This document shows positions 15,476 through 22,098 of a stretch of 22,098 bases of DNA, piece by piece (within the stretch, counting starts at the first letter, position 1; each line of letters starts with the position of its first letter). Where the stretch lies: positions 1-22,098 of the forward strand of contig PNOM01000051.1 in NCBI GenBank assembly GCA_013824835.1. The letters are read 5' to 3'. Position numbers and translations under genes: made by a program. The notes under the pieces were generated by a model. The model saw nothing but the letters and a program-made list of their open reading frames with translations. It ran no database searches and was not told the origin of the DNA. Source of the DNA: Syntrophus sp. (in: bacteria) (GTDB lineage Bacteria; Desulfobacterota; Syntrophorhabdia; Syntrophorhabdales; Syntrophorhabdaceae).

Positions 15476-15784
15476 ATGAATCCTGTAATAAACACGGCAT
15501 TAGTAGCATCTGTTTTCGGTGTTTTCGGGTTTTTTCTTGCCTTTTCCCTGAAACGGGCAACCAACATCATCGTCTTCGGCATTTTTGCCTATGCCTCTTT
15601 TAAAGCCCTGGATTATCTTGGCGTGACAACGGACTGGAAGCTTTTCGATAATTTTGTCCATACCTTCACGCAGCTCGGGAGGACAACCCTTGATCTGATA
15701 AGCGGGGTATTGAACACGGCCACCTTTATCTCCGTGGCATGTTTTCTCTGTGGCGGTGTATCTGGTCTTCTCTTGAGGAAGTAG
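15476..15784 (+). CDS. Small 3-TM membrane protein (possibly FUN14-like)
   Basis: 102 aa with three hydrophobic helices and a strong SD. The Gly-rich TM pattern resembles the FUN14 family, but the assignment is weak. Confidence 0.55.
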   Translation: MNPVINTALVASVFGVFGFFLAFSLKRATNIIVFGIFAYASFKALDYLGVTTDWKLFDNFVHTFTQLGRTTLDLISGVLNTATFISVACFLCGGVSGLLLRK

Positions 15785-15790
15785 GCCCTT

Positions 15791-17167
15791 GTGGAACGAA
15801 CATCTGAATTGAAATATCTTCTCCCGGTACTGCTGGTGATCAGCATTGCCTTTCTGCTCCTTCAGTCAAGCTATGGGGACAGAAACATTCCCATATCGAT
15901 TGCAACCTTAAAGGGCGGCCTTGATATTTCCGATTACTTTCTTACCCCACTCCCTAACGCAATACATGCTTCTTTGTTTGTGGCCCTTTTTATGCTTACT
16001 CACATCTATCTGAGAATTAAACTTCCCGGCGCTGATCCCTTTATCCTGCCTGCCGTGGCCCTTCTCTCCGGCATTGGGCTGATTATGGTACTCCGGCTCT
16101 CTCCTGACCTTGCAATTTCCCGGAATGAGGTGCTCCTCTCTGTCTTCAGCAGGGCGCCCGATGCAACTATTACAGACAATGTCCACACCCTCGTCCAAAT
16201 GGGCATGAGACATTTTATCAATATTGTGCTGGGCATACTGGTATTGATCGGTGCATTGAATGGATTTAACAAACGGGCTTTCTCCTGGCTTTCGTCAAAG
16301 AAATACTGCTGGGTGCTCCTTTCAGCAGTTCTCATAACAGTCACCCTTCTTTTCGGTACCAAAATTAACGGGAGGAAGCTCTGGATATTCGGTTTTCAGT
16401 CTGTGGAAGCGGTAAAACTGATGATGCTCTTTTTTGTTTCAGGATATATCTACGAAAAGGGAAAGGGCATCGAGCTTTACCGGCAGGGGGGCTTCAAGCA
16501 CTGGCTCGGCTACGCGGTGCCTTTTGTGGCTATGTGGTTCTTTGCCCTGGTACCCCTTTTTATCCAGAAAGACCTCGGCCCTACGGTTTTGATTTTTGTT
16601 GTCCTCCTCCTCATGTTCTCCTATGCAGGCAACCGCAGTACAGTGACTATGCTCTTTATTCTATTGACCCTGTCAGCAGGGTTTATTTCTTATAACATCG
16701 GCTATCCATCTATTGTCCGGGAGAGGTTTGACATGCTCCTTGACCCCTTTGGGAGAAGCGAGGCAATGACAAGGGTGCTCTGGGCAATATCTTCCGGAGG
16801 TCTCATGGGTACAGGCATCGGGTATGGTCAGCCCCACAGGATCCCTGAGGTGCAGTCAGATTTTAACTTTACCGCCATCTGCGAAGAGATGGGATTTGTC
16901 GGCGCCATTTCTATCATCCTGGGGTATGCCCTTTTCCTCCATAGATGTTTCAAGATTGCATCCGCTGCAGAAAATGTATACAAAAAGACTCTCGTTGTCG
17001 GCATTGGCACATTAACCGGGATGCAGGCATGTATTATCATTTGCGGGAATCTGAATATAATACCCTTAACGGGAATCACCCTTCCCTTTATCAGTTACGG
17101 GGGAAGTTCACTCATAGTCAATTTTCTTATGGCAGGTATTGTGCTCAAAATATCCGGGGAAAAATAA
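15791..17167 (+). CDS. SEDS-family peptidoglycan glycosyltransferase (RodA/FtsW)
   Basis: Multi-pass membrane protein with the diagnostic C-terminal motif NLNIIPLTGITLPFISYGGSSLIVNFLMAG. GTG start at 15791. The stop overlaps the PBP start (TAATG). Confidence 0.88.
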   Translation: MERTSELKYLLPVLLVISIAFLLLQSSYGDRNIPISIATLKGGLDISDYFLTPLPNAIHASLFVALFMLTHIYLRIKLPGADPFILPAVALLSGIGLIMVLRLSPDLAISRNEVLLSVFSRAPDATITDNVHTLVQMGMRHFINIVLGILVLIGALNGFNKRAFSWLSSKKYCWVLLSAVLITVTLLFGTKINGRKLWIFGFQSVEAVKLMMLFFVSGYIYEKGKGIELYRQGGFKHWLGYAVPFVAMWFFALVPLFIQKDLGPTVLIFVVLLLMFSYAGNRSTVTMLFILLTLSAGFISYNIGYPSIVRERFDMLLDPFGRSEAMTRVLWAISSGGLMGTGIGYGQPHRIPEVQSDFNFTAICEEMGFVGAISIILGYALFLHRCFKIASAAENVYKKTLVVGIGTLTGMQACIIICGNLNIIPLTGITLPFISYGGSSLIVNFLMAGIVLKISGEK

Positions 17168-18978
17168 TGGCCATCTATAGATTGAGGGTCATCACGGTCC
17201 TCTTTGTTGTGCTTGCAGGGGTTGCAGCCTATTCCCTTTTTGACAGGATGATTCTGAAAAAGGATGAGATTGTCTCTACCCGCTACAGGGATAAAAAGTT
17301 CACTGACCTTATGAAGGGTCTTATCAATGAAGGGATCATCAAAACAACGGGGGAAGAGATTGCTATAGATGAAGAACTGCTTATTGCGAAAGGTCTTAAC
17401 AAAAAGACGGCGGACCGGGTAAGGCGGAGCATAAAGTTCTGCTATATGAAGAAAGATGCCCTCTATTTTGACGGCCAATCAGTTTCAGTGCTCAATAACA
17501 GGGGTTCGGGAGATGAAACTGTTTTACGGGGAAGCATCATGGATAGAAACGGGATTACCCTTGCAAAGAGCACCCTTGACGAAAAGGCATGGAAATTAAA
17601 ACGGGAGTACACATACGGGCCTGAGATGTTTCCTGTAGTAGGGCATTACAGCGCTGTTTACGGCAGCCGGTATCTGGAAAAGGAATTGGATAGATATCTC
17701 AGCGGCCAATCTCATGACCCCATATATTTGACTACGAATGACCCCTTCAAGAAGGTCAGGCTCGGGGACGAAGTAACGCTGACCATAAACAACAGGATAC
17801 AAAAGTTTGCCTATGATCTTATGGATGGTAAAAAAGGTGCTATAGTGGTCCTTGACGTAAGGACAGGGGAAATTCTTGCGGCAGTCAGCACCCCGTCCTT
17901 TGACCCGAATACAAAGGAAGGGGATACATGGAGAAACACATTTGCAGACAGGAAAGAGAGGCTCTATGAAAACAGGGCCTTTGGAGCACTCTATCCGCCG
18001 GGTTCAACCTTCAAGACTGTTGTTGCGTCCGCATGGATCGACAGGAGTGAAGGTAAAAGGCAAGCATCAAGCTCCCTTTTTCAGCGAACCGCCGCAGATG
18101 GGGAATCCCAGGGCCGTGCCGGGCATGTCACCATGTGCAGCAGCAAAAAGAACAGGTATGATATTTCGGATATTCATACCCATGGAAGAGTGGATATAGA
18201 CAGGGCGCTCATTGTGTCCTGCAATCAGTTCTTCAGTGAAATCGGGGTGACCCTCGGCCCGGAAATGGTCAAATACGCCGAAGGATACGGGTTCAACAGA
18301 GGTATAGAGCTTGTCCCTCAGTTGAAGGACCTTCATTGCAGCGCCACACCGAGCCTCGCCCTTTCATGGCAGGAGGACCAGGCCAAGGGCGCTGGAATAA
18401 AGACCTATCATGGTAAGGATTTCAGAAGAAACCCGAAGATAGTTGCCCAGGGCGCCATAGGGCAGAACCTTGTTGTTGCCACCCCCCTCCAGATGGCCAT
18501 GGTGGCGGCAGCGATTGCAAATAAGGGTACTGTTCTCAACCCCTACCTGGTAAAAGAGATTAAAACAGGAGATAACTGGGAAAGAATATTTTCCGCAAAA
18601 CCTGTAGTTATGGGCAAGACTGTTCGGGAAGAGACTGCTGAAAGGTTAAGAAGCCTCATGGCAAGGGTCATGGAGAGCGGGACAGGGAAAAACGTTAAAA
18701 AGGTCTATATTGAAGGGGGGAAACATACCACATCCCCAAAGGACAATAAATCGCCCATCCTGAGGGTTGCAGGCAAGACAGGCACTGCCGAGGTAGGTGA
18801 CAGGAATAACAACGGAATCATAGACCCTGATGAGAATGCCCATTCATGGTTTATAGGTTTCGCACCTGCCGATAATCCGAGGATTGCCATTGCGGTCATT
18901 GCAGAAAACCAGGGCCTCGGGGGCCTCACCGCAGCACCTATTGCTGTAGAGGTAATGGCAGAGGCATTGAATCGATGA
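17167..18978 (+). CDS. Class B penicillin-binding protein (PBP2/FtsI-type transpeptidase)
   Basis: N-terminal TM anchor (VITVLFVVLAGVAAYSLF) and the motifs SxxK (GSTFKTV), SxN (SCNQFF) and KTGT (GKTGTAEV). The true start is ATG 17167, coupled to the SEDS gene. The upstream in-frame extension from 16945 in the ORF track overlaps the SEDS gene. Confidence 0.88.
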   Translation: MAIYRLRVITVLFVVLAGVAAYSLFDRMILKKDEIVSTRYRDKKFTDLMKGLINEGIIKTTGEEIAIDEELLIAKGLNKKTADRVRRSIKFCYMKKDALYFDGQSVSVLNNRGSGDETVLRGSIMDRNGITLAKSTLDEKAWKLKREYTYGPEMFPVVGHYSAVYGSRYLEKELDRYLSGQSHDPIYLTTNDPFKKVRLGDEVTLTINNRIQKFAYDLMDGKKGAIVVLDVRTGEILAAVSTPSFDPNTKEGDTWRNTFADRKERLYENRAFGALYPPGSTFKTVVASAWIDRSEGKRQASSSLFQRTAADGESQGRAGHVTMCSSKKNRYDISDIHTHGRVDIDRALIVSCNQFFSEIGVTLGPEMVKYAEGYGFNRGIELVPQLKDLHCSATPSLALSWQEDQAKGAGIKTYHGKDFRRNPKIVAQGAIGQNLVVATPLQMAMVAAAIANKGTVLNPYLVKEIKTGDNWERIFSAKPVVMGKTVREETAERLRSLMARVMESGTGKNVKKVYIEGGKHTTSPKDNKSPILRVAGKTGTAEVGDRNNNGIIDPDENAHSWFIGFAPADNPRIAIAVIAENQGLGGLTAAPIAVEVMAEALNR

Positions 18979-19240
18979 ACTGAAGTAATGCCTCGGTTAT
19001 GCTGGAGTGAATAAAGTTGATATTCCTGGACGGCCCCTGGCACGGGGCGAAATGAACGTGTTTGTGTGGAATATCCCGACACAGATGCTCATCCTAATGG
19101 AAAATCTGGAATAATTTGCCATGTCGTAAAAATTTGTTGAATAATTTTAAGCCATGAGGAATACTATCCATTATGATTGATCTGGAAAAAATCAGACCTG
19201 ATATTGAAAACCTATGATGAAATAAAATAAGGCAATAAGC

Positions 19241-19531
19241 ATGAACCTTGTAAATCTATTGAAAGAAAAACGAGTCGCGATACTGGCCACGGCGAAACGG
19301 CACGGCGCCCGGCACGTGAGAATCTTCGGATCTGTTGCACGAGGTGATTTTGACGAAAAAAGCGATCTGGATTTTCTTGTAGAAATGGAACCTGGCAGAA
19401 GCCTTCTTGACCGTGCCGCCCTCCTGCTCGATTTAGAGAAACTTCTTGGATGCAAGGTTGATGTAGTGAGCGACAAAGGGATAAAATCTCGTATGCGTGA
19501 ACGTGTGTTCAGGGAGGTTCAACCGTTATGA
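19241..19531 (+). CDS. mntA: MntA-type nucleotidyltransferase antitoxin (type VII TA)
   Basis: GSVARGDFDEKSDLDFLV is the Pol-beta NTase motif (GS...D.D). The stop overlaps the hepT start (ATGA). Confidence 0.85.
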   Translation: MNLVNLLKEKRVAILATAKRHGARHVRIFGSVARGDFDEKSDLDFLVEMEPGRSLLDRAALLLDLEKLLGCKVDVVSDKGIKSRMRERVFREVQPL

Positions 19532-19879
19532 GAAATAATAGCGAGCGTGTCCTTGACATGCTGGAGGATATTGAGCACATTGAACGATATTCAGAAAAAG
19601 GACCCGATGTTTTCAAAAAAGATGAACTTATACAGACCTGGGTTGTATATCATCTTCAGATTATCGGCGAAGCGGCATCAAAACTGGGCCATGCTTTTCA
19701 TGACACCTACCCGGAAACCCCATCCTCAGATCATTGCCATGCGGAATTTGCTCACTCACGAATACTTTGGAGTTGACCTCGACGAAGTCTGGCAGGTCGT
19801 GGAGCGCGATTTGCCAACATTAAAACAAAGACTGCACAGAATAAGTGAGGAACTTTGTCCGCCGAGCAATCATGATTAA
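19528..19879 (+). pseudogene. hepT: HepT (DUF86) RNase toxin, disrupted by a +1 frameshift
   Basis: The N-terminal half is in frame 1 (LEDIEHIERY...YHLQIIGEAASKL...YPETP). The C-terminal half carries the Rx4HxY active-site motif (RNLLTHEYFGVD) and is in frame 2. The switch is at the CCCC run at 19718-19721. Removing one C gives a continuous YPETHPQIIAMRNLLTHEYFGVD. Confidence 0.75.
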
Positions 19880-19929
19880 AAGCAAATATCTTCCTCGTGT
19901 TGGCATCCATAGTTATTTATTTAAGGTCA

Positions 19930-19963
19930 TCCCCAAAGTGTCCCCGTCCCCAAAGTGTCCCCA
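19930..19963. repeat. 2 x 17 bp direct tandem repeat (TCCCCAAAGTGTCCCCN) followed by a T-tract
   Basis: tCCCCAAAGTGTCCCCg tCCCCAAAGTGTCCCCa then aattttttgtt. It sits at the onset of a compositionally distinct region that carries R-M genes. Confidence 0.6.
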
Positions 19964-19992
19964 ATTTTTTGTTATGCCTGAAGTGAAAAGAT

Positions 19993-20586
19993 ATGAGAGA
20001 CAAATATTATTCTGATGACAGAGATCTCGTGAAGTGGGCAATCTTGGCCCATATTGCGTCAAAATATAGGTTGCAGACAATCCTTCAGGTTCCATACTGG
20101 CGACGAGAGCCTGCCTATCCGCATTTGAACTTTATGGGAAATAGCGTGACAGTATCGGGCAAGGTGTGGGGGTTCTTTCGCAACATTCACAGCGTTACTC
20201 GATTGGGACCAGAGATAGGGACCTCGATAGTTGTTGTTGAAACCGAGTTCGATCCAAACCGGCGAGGTGACTATCTTTCGGTGGTCAAGGCAAGGATTCA
20301 GCAAGCAAGGCGACCTCTCGTACTCTTTCTCGACCCAGATACTGGTTTGCAACCCGCCAATTGTCGTCCCGAACATACGGCGATTGAAGAAATAGATGCT
20401 CTGTGGCCTGTTCTCAAACCTCACGAATGGTTGGTTCTATATCAACACGCACGCCACAGCCCCAATTGGAGGGAATCCGTGGCCGATCAACTGTCATCTT
20501 TGTGCAACAACAGGGATGCCCATGTTGTCCGGTCAAATGACGTAGGAAAAGATGTTGCATTTATTTGCGTTGAAAAAATGGCATAA
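19993..20586 (+). CDS. Hypothetical protein in the R-M/TA island (function unknown)
   Basis: 197 aa ORF with higher GC than the flanking region and no motif I can assign. It contains LVLFLDPDTGLQP. It lies between the TA pair and the REase. Confidence 0.5.
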   Translation: MRDKYYSDDRDLVKWAILAHIASKYRLQTILQVPYWRREPAYPHLNFMGNSVTVSGKVWGFFRNIHSVTRLGPEIGTSIVVVETEFDPNRRGDYLSVVKARIQQARRPLVLFLDPDTGLQPANCRPEHTAIEEIDALWPVLKPHEWLVLYQHARHSPNWRESVADQLSSLCNNRDAHVVRSNDVGKDVAFICVEKMA

Positions 20587-20705
20587 CCATCGGCTGCAGC
20601 GAATCCGCGCGATGCGCGTCTCGCTGAGCCGTACGTTCCGCTCAACTCGGCATTGGACAGAAAGGAAAAATAAACATTGATTGAACATAGCACGTCTGGC
20701 ATAAT

Positions 20706-21299
20706 ATGAAAATGGCAACCAATTTTCCCGAATTTATCAGAGACAATTACGAAATTCATGAGTGGCGGCACGCATGTGCGATTCTCACGAGAGACTTTCC
20801 GGATGAGTATTCTGAAGTCTGCGATGTTTTGACGCGCTTCCGCCTCCAGAGGAGTCATATCGTAGTCGGAGGAGGAAGAAAATCCAAAGTAGCTGATTGG
20901 ATTGATTCTGAACTTGCAAGGAAAGGGTGGGTCGAGAAGAATTTCAACACAAGCATCACTGTTGACGACAACATCATGAATTCGCCCACACACGCTGTAG
21001 ATTGTTTCAAAAACCGCATAGCCCTCGAAATTGAGTGGAACAACAAAGATCCGTTCTTTGACAGAGACCTGAACAACTTCAGACTGCTGTTTGATTTGAG
21101 GGCAATTTCTGTCGGGATCATCATAACGAGATGCGACGAGTTGCAAGAAATATTCGATTCACTGGGCCGCGGCAAGTCCTACGGGTCCTCGACAACTCAC
21201 ATGTCCAAACTACTTCCGCGGATTGAAGGCGGCGGCGGAGCGGGCTGCCCACTTATAGTATTTGGTATAAGGAGAACGCTATATGCCGAAGATCACTAA
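20706..21299 (+). CDS. Type II restriction endonuclease, BamHI/BglII-like fold
   Basis: AVDCFKNRIALEIEWNN has D-x9-E-x-E spacing like BamHI D94/E111/E113 (EFETGN). GIIITRCDE resembles BamHI IILMPIK, and GCPLIVFGI resembles BamHI PFIFIGF. It overlaps the MTase gene by 17 nt. Confidence 0.65.
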   Translation: MKMATNFPEFIRDNYEIHEWRHACAILTRDFPDEYSEVCDVLTRFRLQRSHIVVGGGRKSKVADWIDSELARKGWVEKNFNTSITVDDNIMNSPTHAVDCFKNRIALEIEWNNKDPFFDRDLNNFRLLFDLRAISVGIIITRCDELQEIFDSLGRGKSYGSSTTHMSKLLPRIEGGGGAGCPLIVFGIRRTLYAEDH

Positions 21300-21960
21300 C
21301 ATCCCACAGATATCAGCCGCCGAAGACTTCTCGATCAAAATTCAAGGACCGTTTACCACCATTCTGGCAGACCCACCGTGGAGATTCGACAACAGAACGG
21401 GGAAGATGGCCCCCGAGCATCAGCGTTTGCTTCGATATCAAACGATGACTATGGAAGAGATTTTGGAGTTGCCCGTAAATCGTGTGGCCGCCGCAAAAGC
21501 CCACCTCTACCTATGGATCCCCAATGCGTTGGTTTTTGAAGGGCTTGAGGTGATGAGAAGATGGGGTTTTACTTATAAGACAAACCTTGTGTGGTATAAG
21601 ATTCGAAAAGATGGTGGTCCAGATGGACGAGGCGTTGGATTCTACTTTCGCAATGTTACTGAGCTTGTTCTTTTTGGGGTACGAGGGAACATGCGAACGC
21701 TTGATGCCGGACGGACACAGACAAACATTATCACTACCCGTAAGCGAGAACATTCTAGAAAACCAGACGAACTTTACGACATCATTGAAGCCTGTTCTCC
21801 AGGCCCTTATCTTGAACTTTTTGCGAGGCATCCACGCAAGGGGTGGGTTCAGTGGGGCAATGAGGATGTTGAGGATATGTCTGACCATCCTATTCTTAAC
21901 CGCGCAGACTACCAACAAATGGTTATGTTTGACAAAGCAAAAAGAAGCTATGGGAAATAA
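21283..21960 (+). CDS. MT-A70-family N6-adenine DNA methyltransferase
   Basis: ILADPPWRF is the DPPW catalytic motif. LYLWIPNAL, WGFTYKTNLVWYK and ELVLFGVRGN match the MT-A70 (METTL3/Ime4-like) core. SD AGGAGAA is upstream. Confidence 0.82.
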   Translation: MPKITNIPQISAAEDFSIKIQGPFTTILADPPWRFDNRTGKMAPEHQRLLRYQTMTMEEILELPVNRVAAAKAHLYLWIPNALVFEGLEVMRRWGFTYKTNLVWYKIRKDGGPDGRGVGFYFRNVTELVLFGVRGNMRTLDAGRTQTNIITTRKREHSRKPDELYDIIEACSPGPYLELFARHPRKGWVQWGNEDVEDMSDHPILNRADYQQMVMFDKAKRSYGK

Positions 21961-22098
21961 GAACACATTCTTTTTCGATCATCATCCTTTGGCCTAAAAT
22001 AGAGAAAGCATAGATATTGTCTAACGAGTGGATGCGGCCAATCGGCCATAAAGCGGCCTCTGGCTCAATTCTATGTTGGACCTTAAGGAGAATAAAGA

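Noticed and set aside
16945-17166. Upstream in-frame extension of the PBP ORF from ATG 16945
   Set aside because: It overlaps the 3' end of the SEDS gene by more than 200 nt. The TM anchor of the PBP begins right after ATG 17167, which is coupled to the SEDS stop (TAATG).
19171-19215. 14-codon mini-ORF (MIDLEKIRPDIENL) just upstream of mntA
   Set aside because: It is too short, has no SD, and is probably a chance ORF in an AT-rich promoter region. It might be a remnant of an older antitoxin N-terminus, but there is no support for that.
19547-19879. 110 aa ORF treated as an independent gene
   Set aside because: It is the C-terminal half of HepT, carrying the Rx4HxY motif, displaced into another frame by the homopolymer insertion. 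It is annotated as part of the hepT pseudogene.
20487-21146. 219 aa minus-strand ORF
   Set aside because: It is antisense to the REase gene, which shows BamHI-like catalytic and structural motifs. It has no motif support of its own.
21511-21966. 151 aa minus-strand ORF, and the 136 aa plus-strand ORF at 21587-21997
   Set aside because: Both overlap the MT-A70 methyltransferase gene, which has unambiguous DPPW and core motifs. They are shadow ORFs.

Overview
This 22 kb window reads as a low-to-moderate GC (about 45%) contig with compact gene spacing and frequent translational coupling through overlapping stop and start codons. The lipoprotein and TolA-like features suggest a Gram-negative, probably uncultured, organism. 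Almost all real genes are on the + strand; one small convergent gene is on the - strand. From 5' to 3' the window contains the following.

- A Rho-independent terminator sits at bases 31-72.
- An ECF sigma factor gene (238-909) overlaps a zf-HC2 anti-sigma gene (906-2012). They are followed by a striking RpoE-type promoter (GGAACTT-N17-TCTAAC, 2049-2078). This promoter lies immediately upstream of a large secreted VIT-VWA protein (2116-4473) that ends in a TonB-C-like domain.
- A roughly 225 bp structured intergenic element (4484-4707) is bounded by 24 bp inverted repeats and contains nested perfect hairpins. It is followed by a convergent DUF2132/VF530 gene on the minus strand.
- Two secreted or periplasmic proteins are encoded at 5084-7291, one LPP20/FlgP-like and one CsgG/LpoB-like with a transmembrane cytoplasmic tail.
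- A zinc-ribbon-SPFH (flotillin/band-7) protein is encoded at 7358-8875.
- A 1050 aa protein (9093-12245) has the order: zinc ribbon, Ser/Thr kinase, one TM segment, a KE-rich TolA-like helical stalk with perfect 18 bp tandem repeats, and a DctP/TRAP-type solute-binding domain.
- A translationally coupled paralogous Ser/Thr kinase (12242-13492) and a Peptidase_MA-like HExxH protein (13528-14301) follow.
- A second divergent ECF-like sigma factor and zf-HC2 anti-sigma pair lie at 14337-15386.
- A small 3-TM protein precedes a SEDS glycosyltransferase (RodA/FtsW family), which is coupled to a class B PBP transpeptidase (15791-18978).
- At about 19.1 kb the composition shifts. Here lie a type VII MntA/HepT toxin-antitoxin pair with a frameshifted HepT, a 2 x 17 bp direct repeat, a hypothetical gene, and a BamHI/BglII-like restriction endonuclease overlapping an MT-A70-family N6-adenine methyltransferase.

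The most notable candidate system is the kinase-centred envelope module. It pairs a DctP-sensor Ser/Thr kinase and its paralog, a metallopeptidase-like protein and a sigma/anti-sigma pair directly with RodA and PBP2. This looks like a Gram-negative analogue of the actinobacterial pknAB-pbpA-rodA locus, with a TRAP-type receptor in place of PASTA domains. The nearby zinc-ribbon-SPFH protein and the lipoprotein pair may belong to it.

All functional calls rest on motif recognition by eye. No database search was run.
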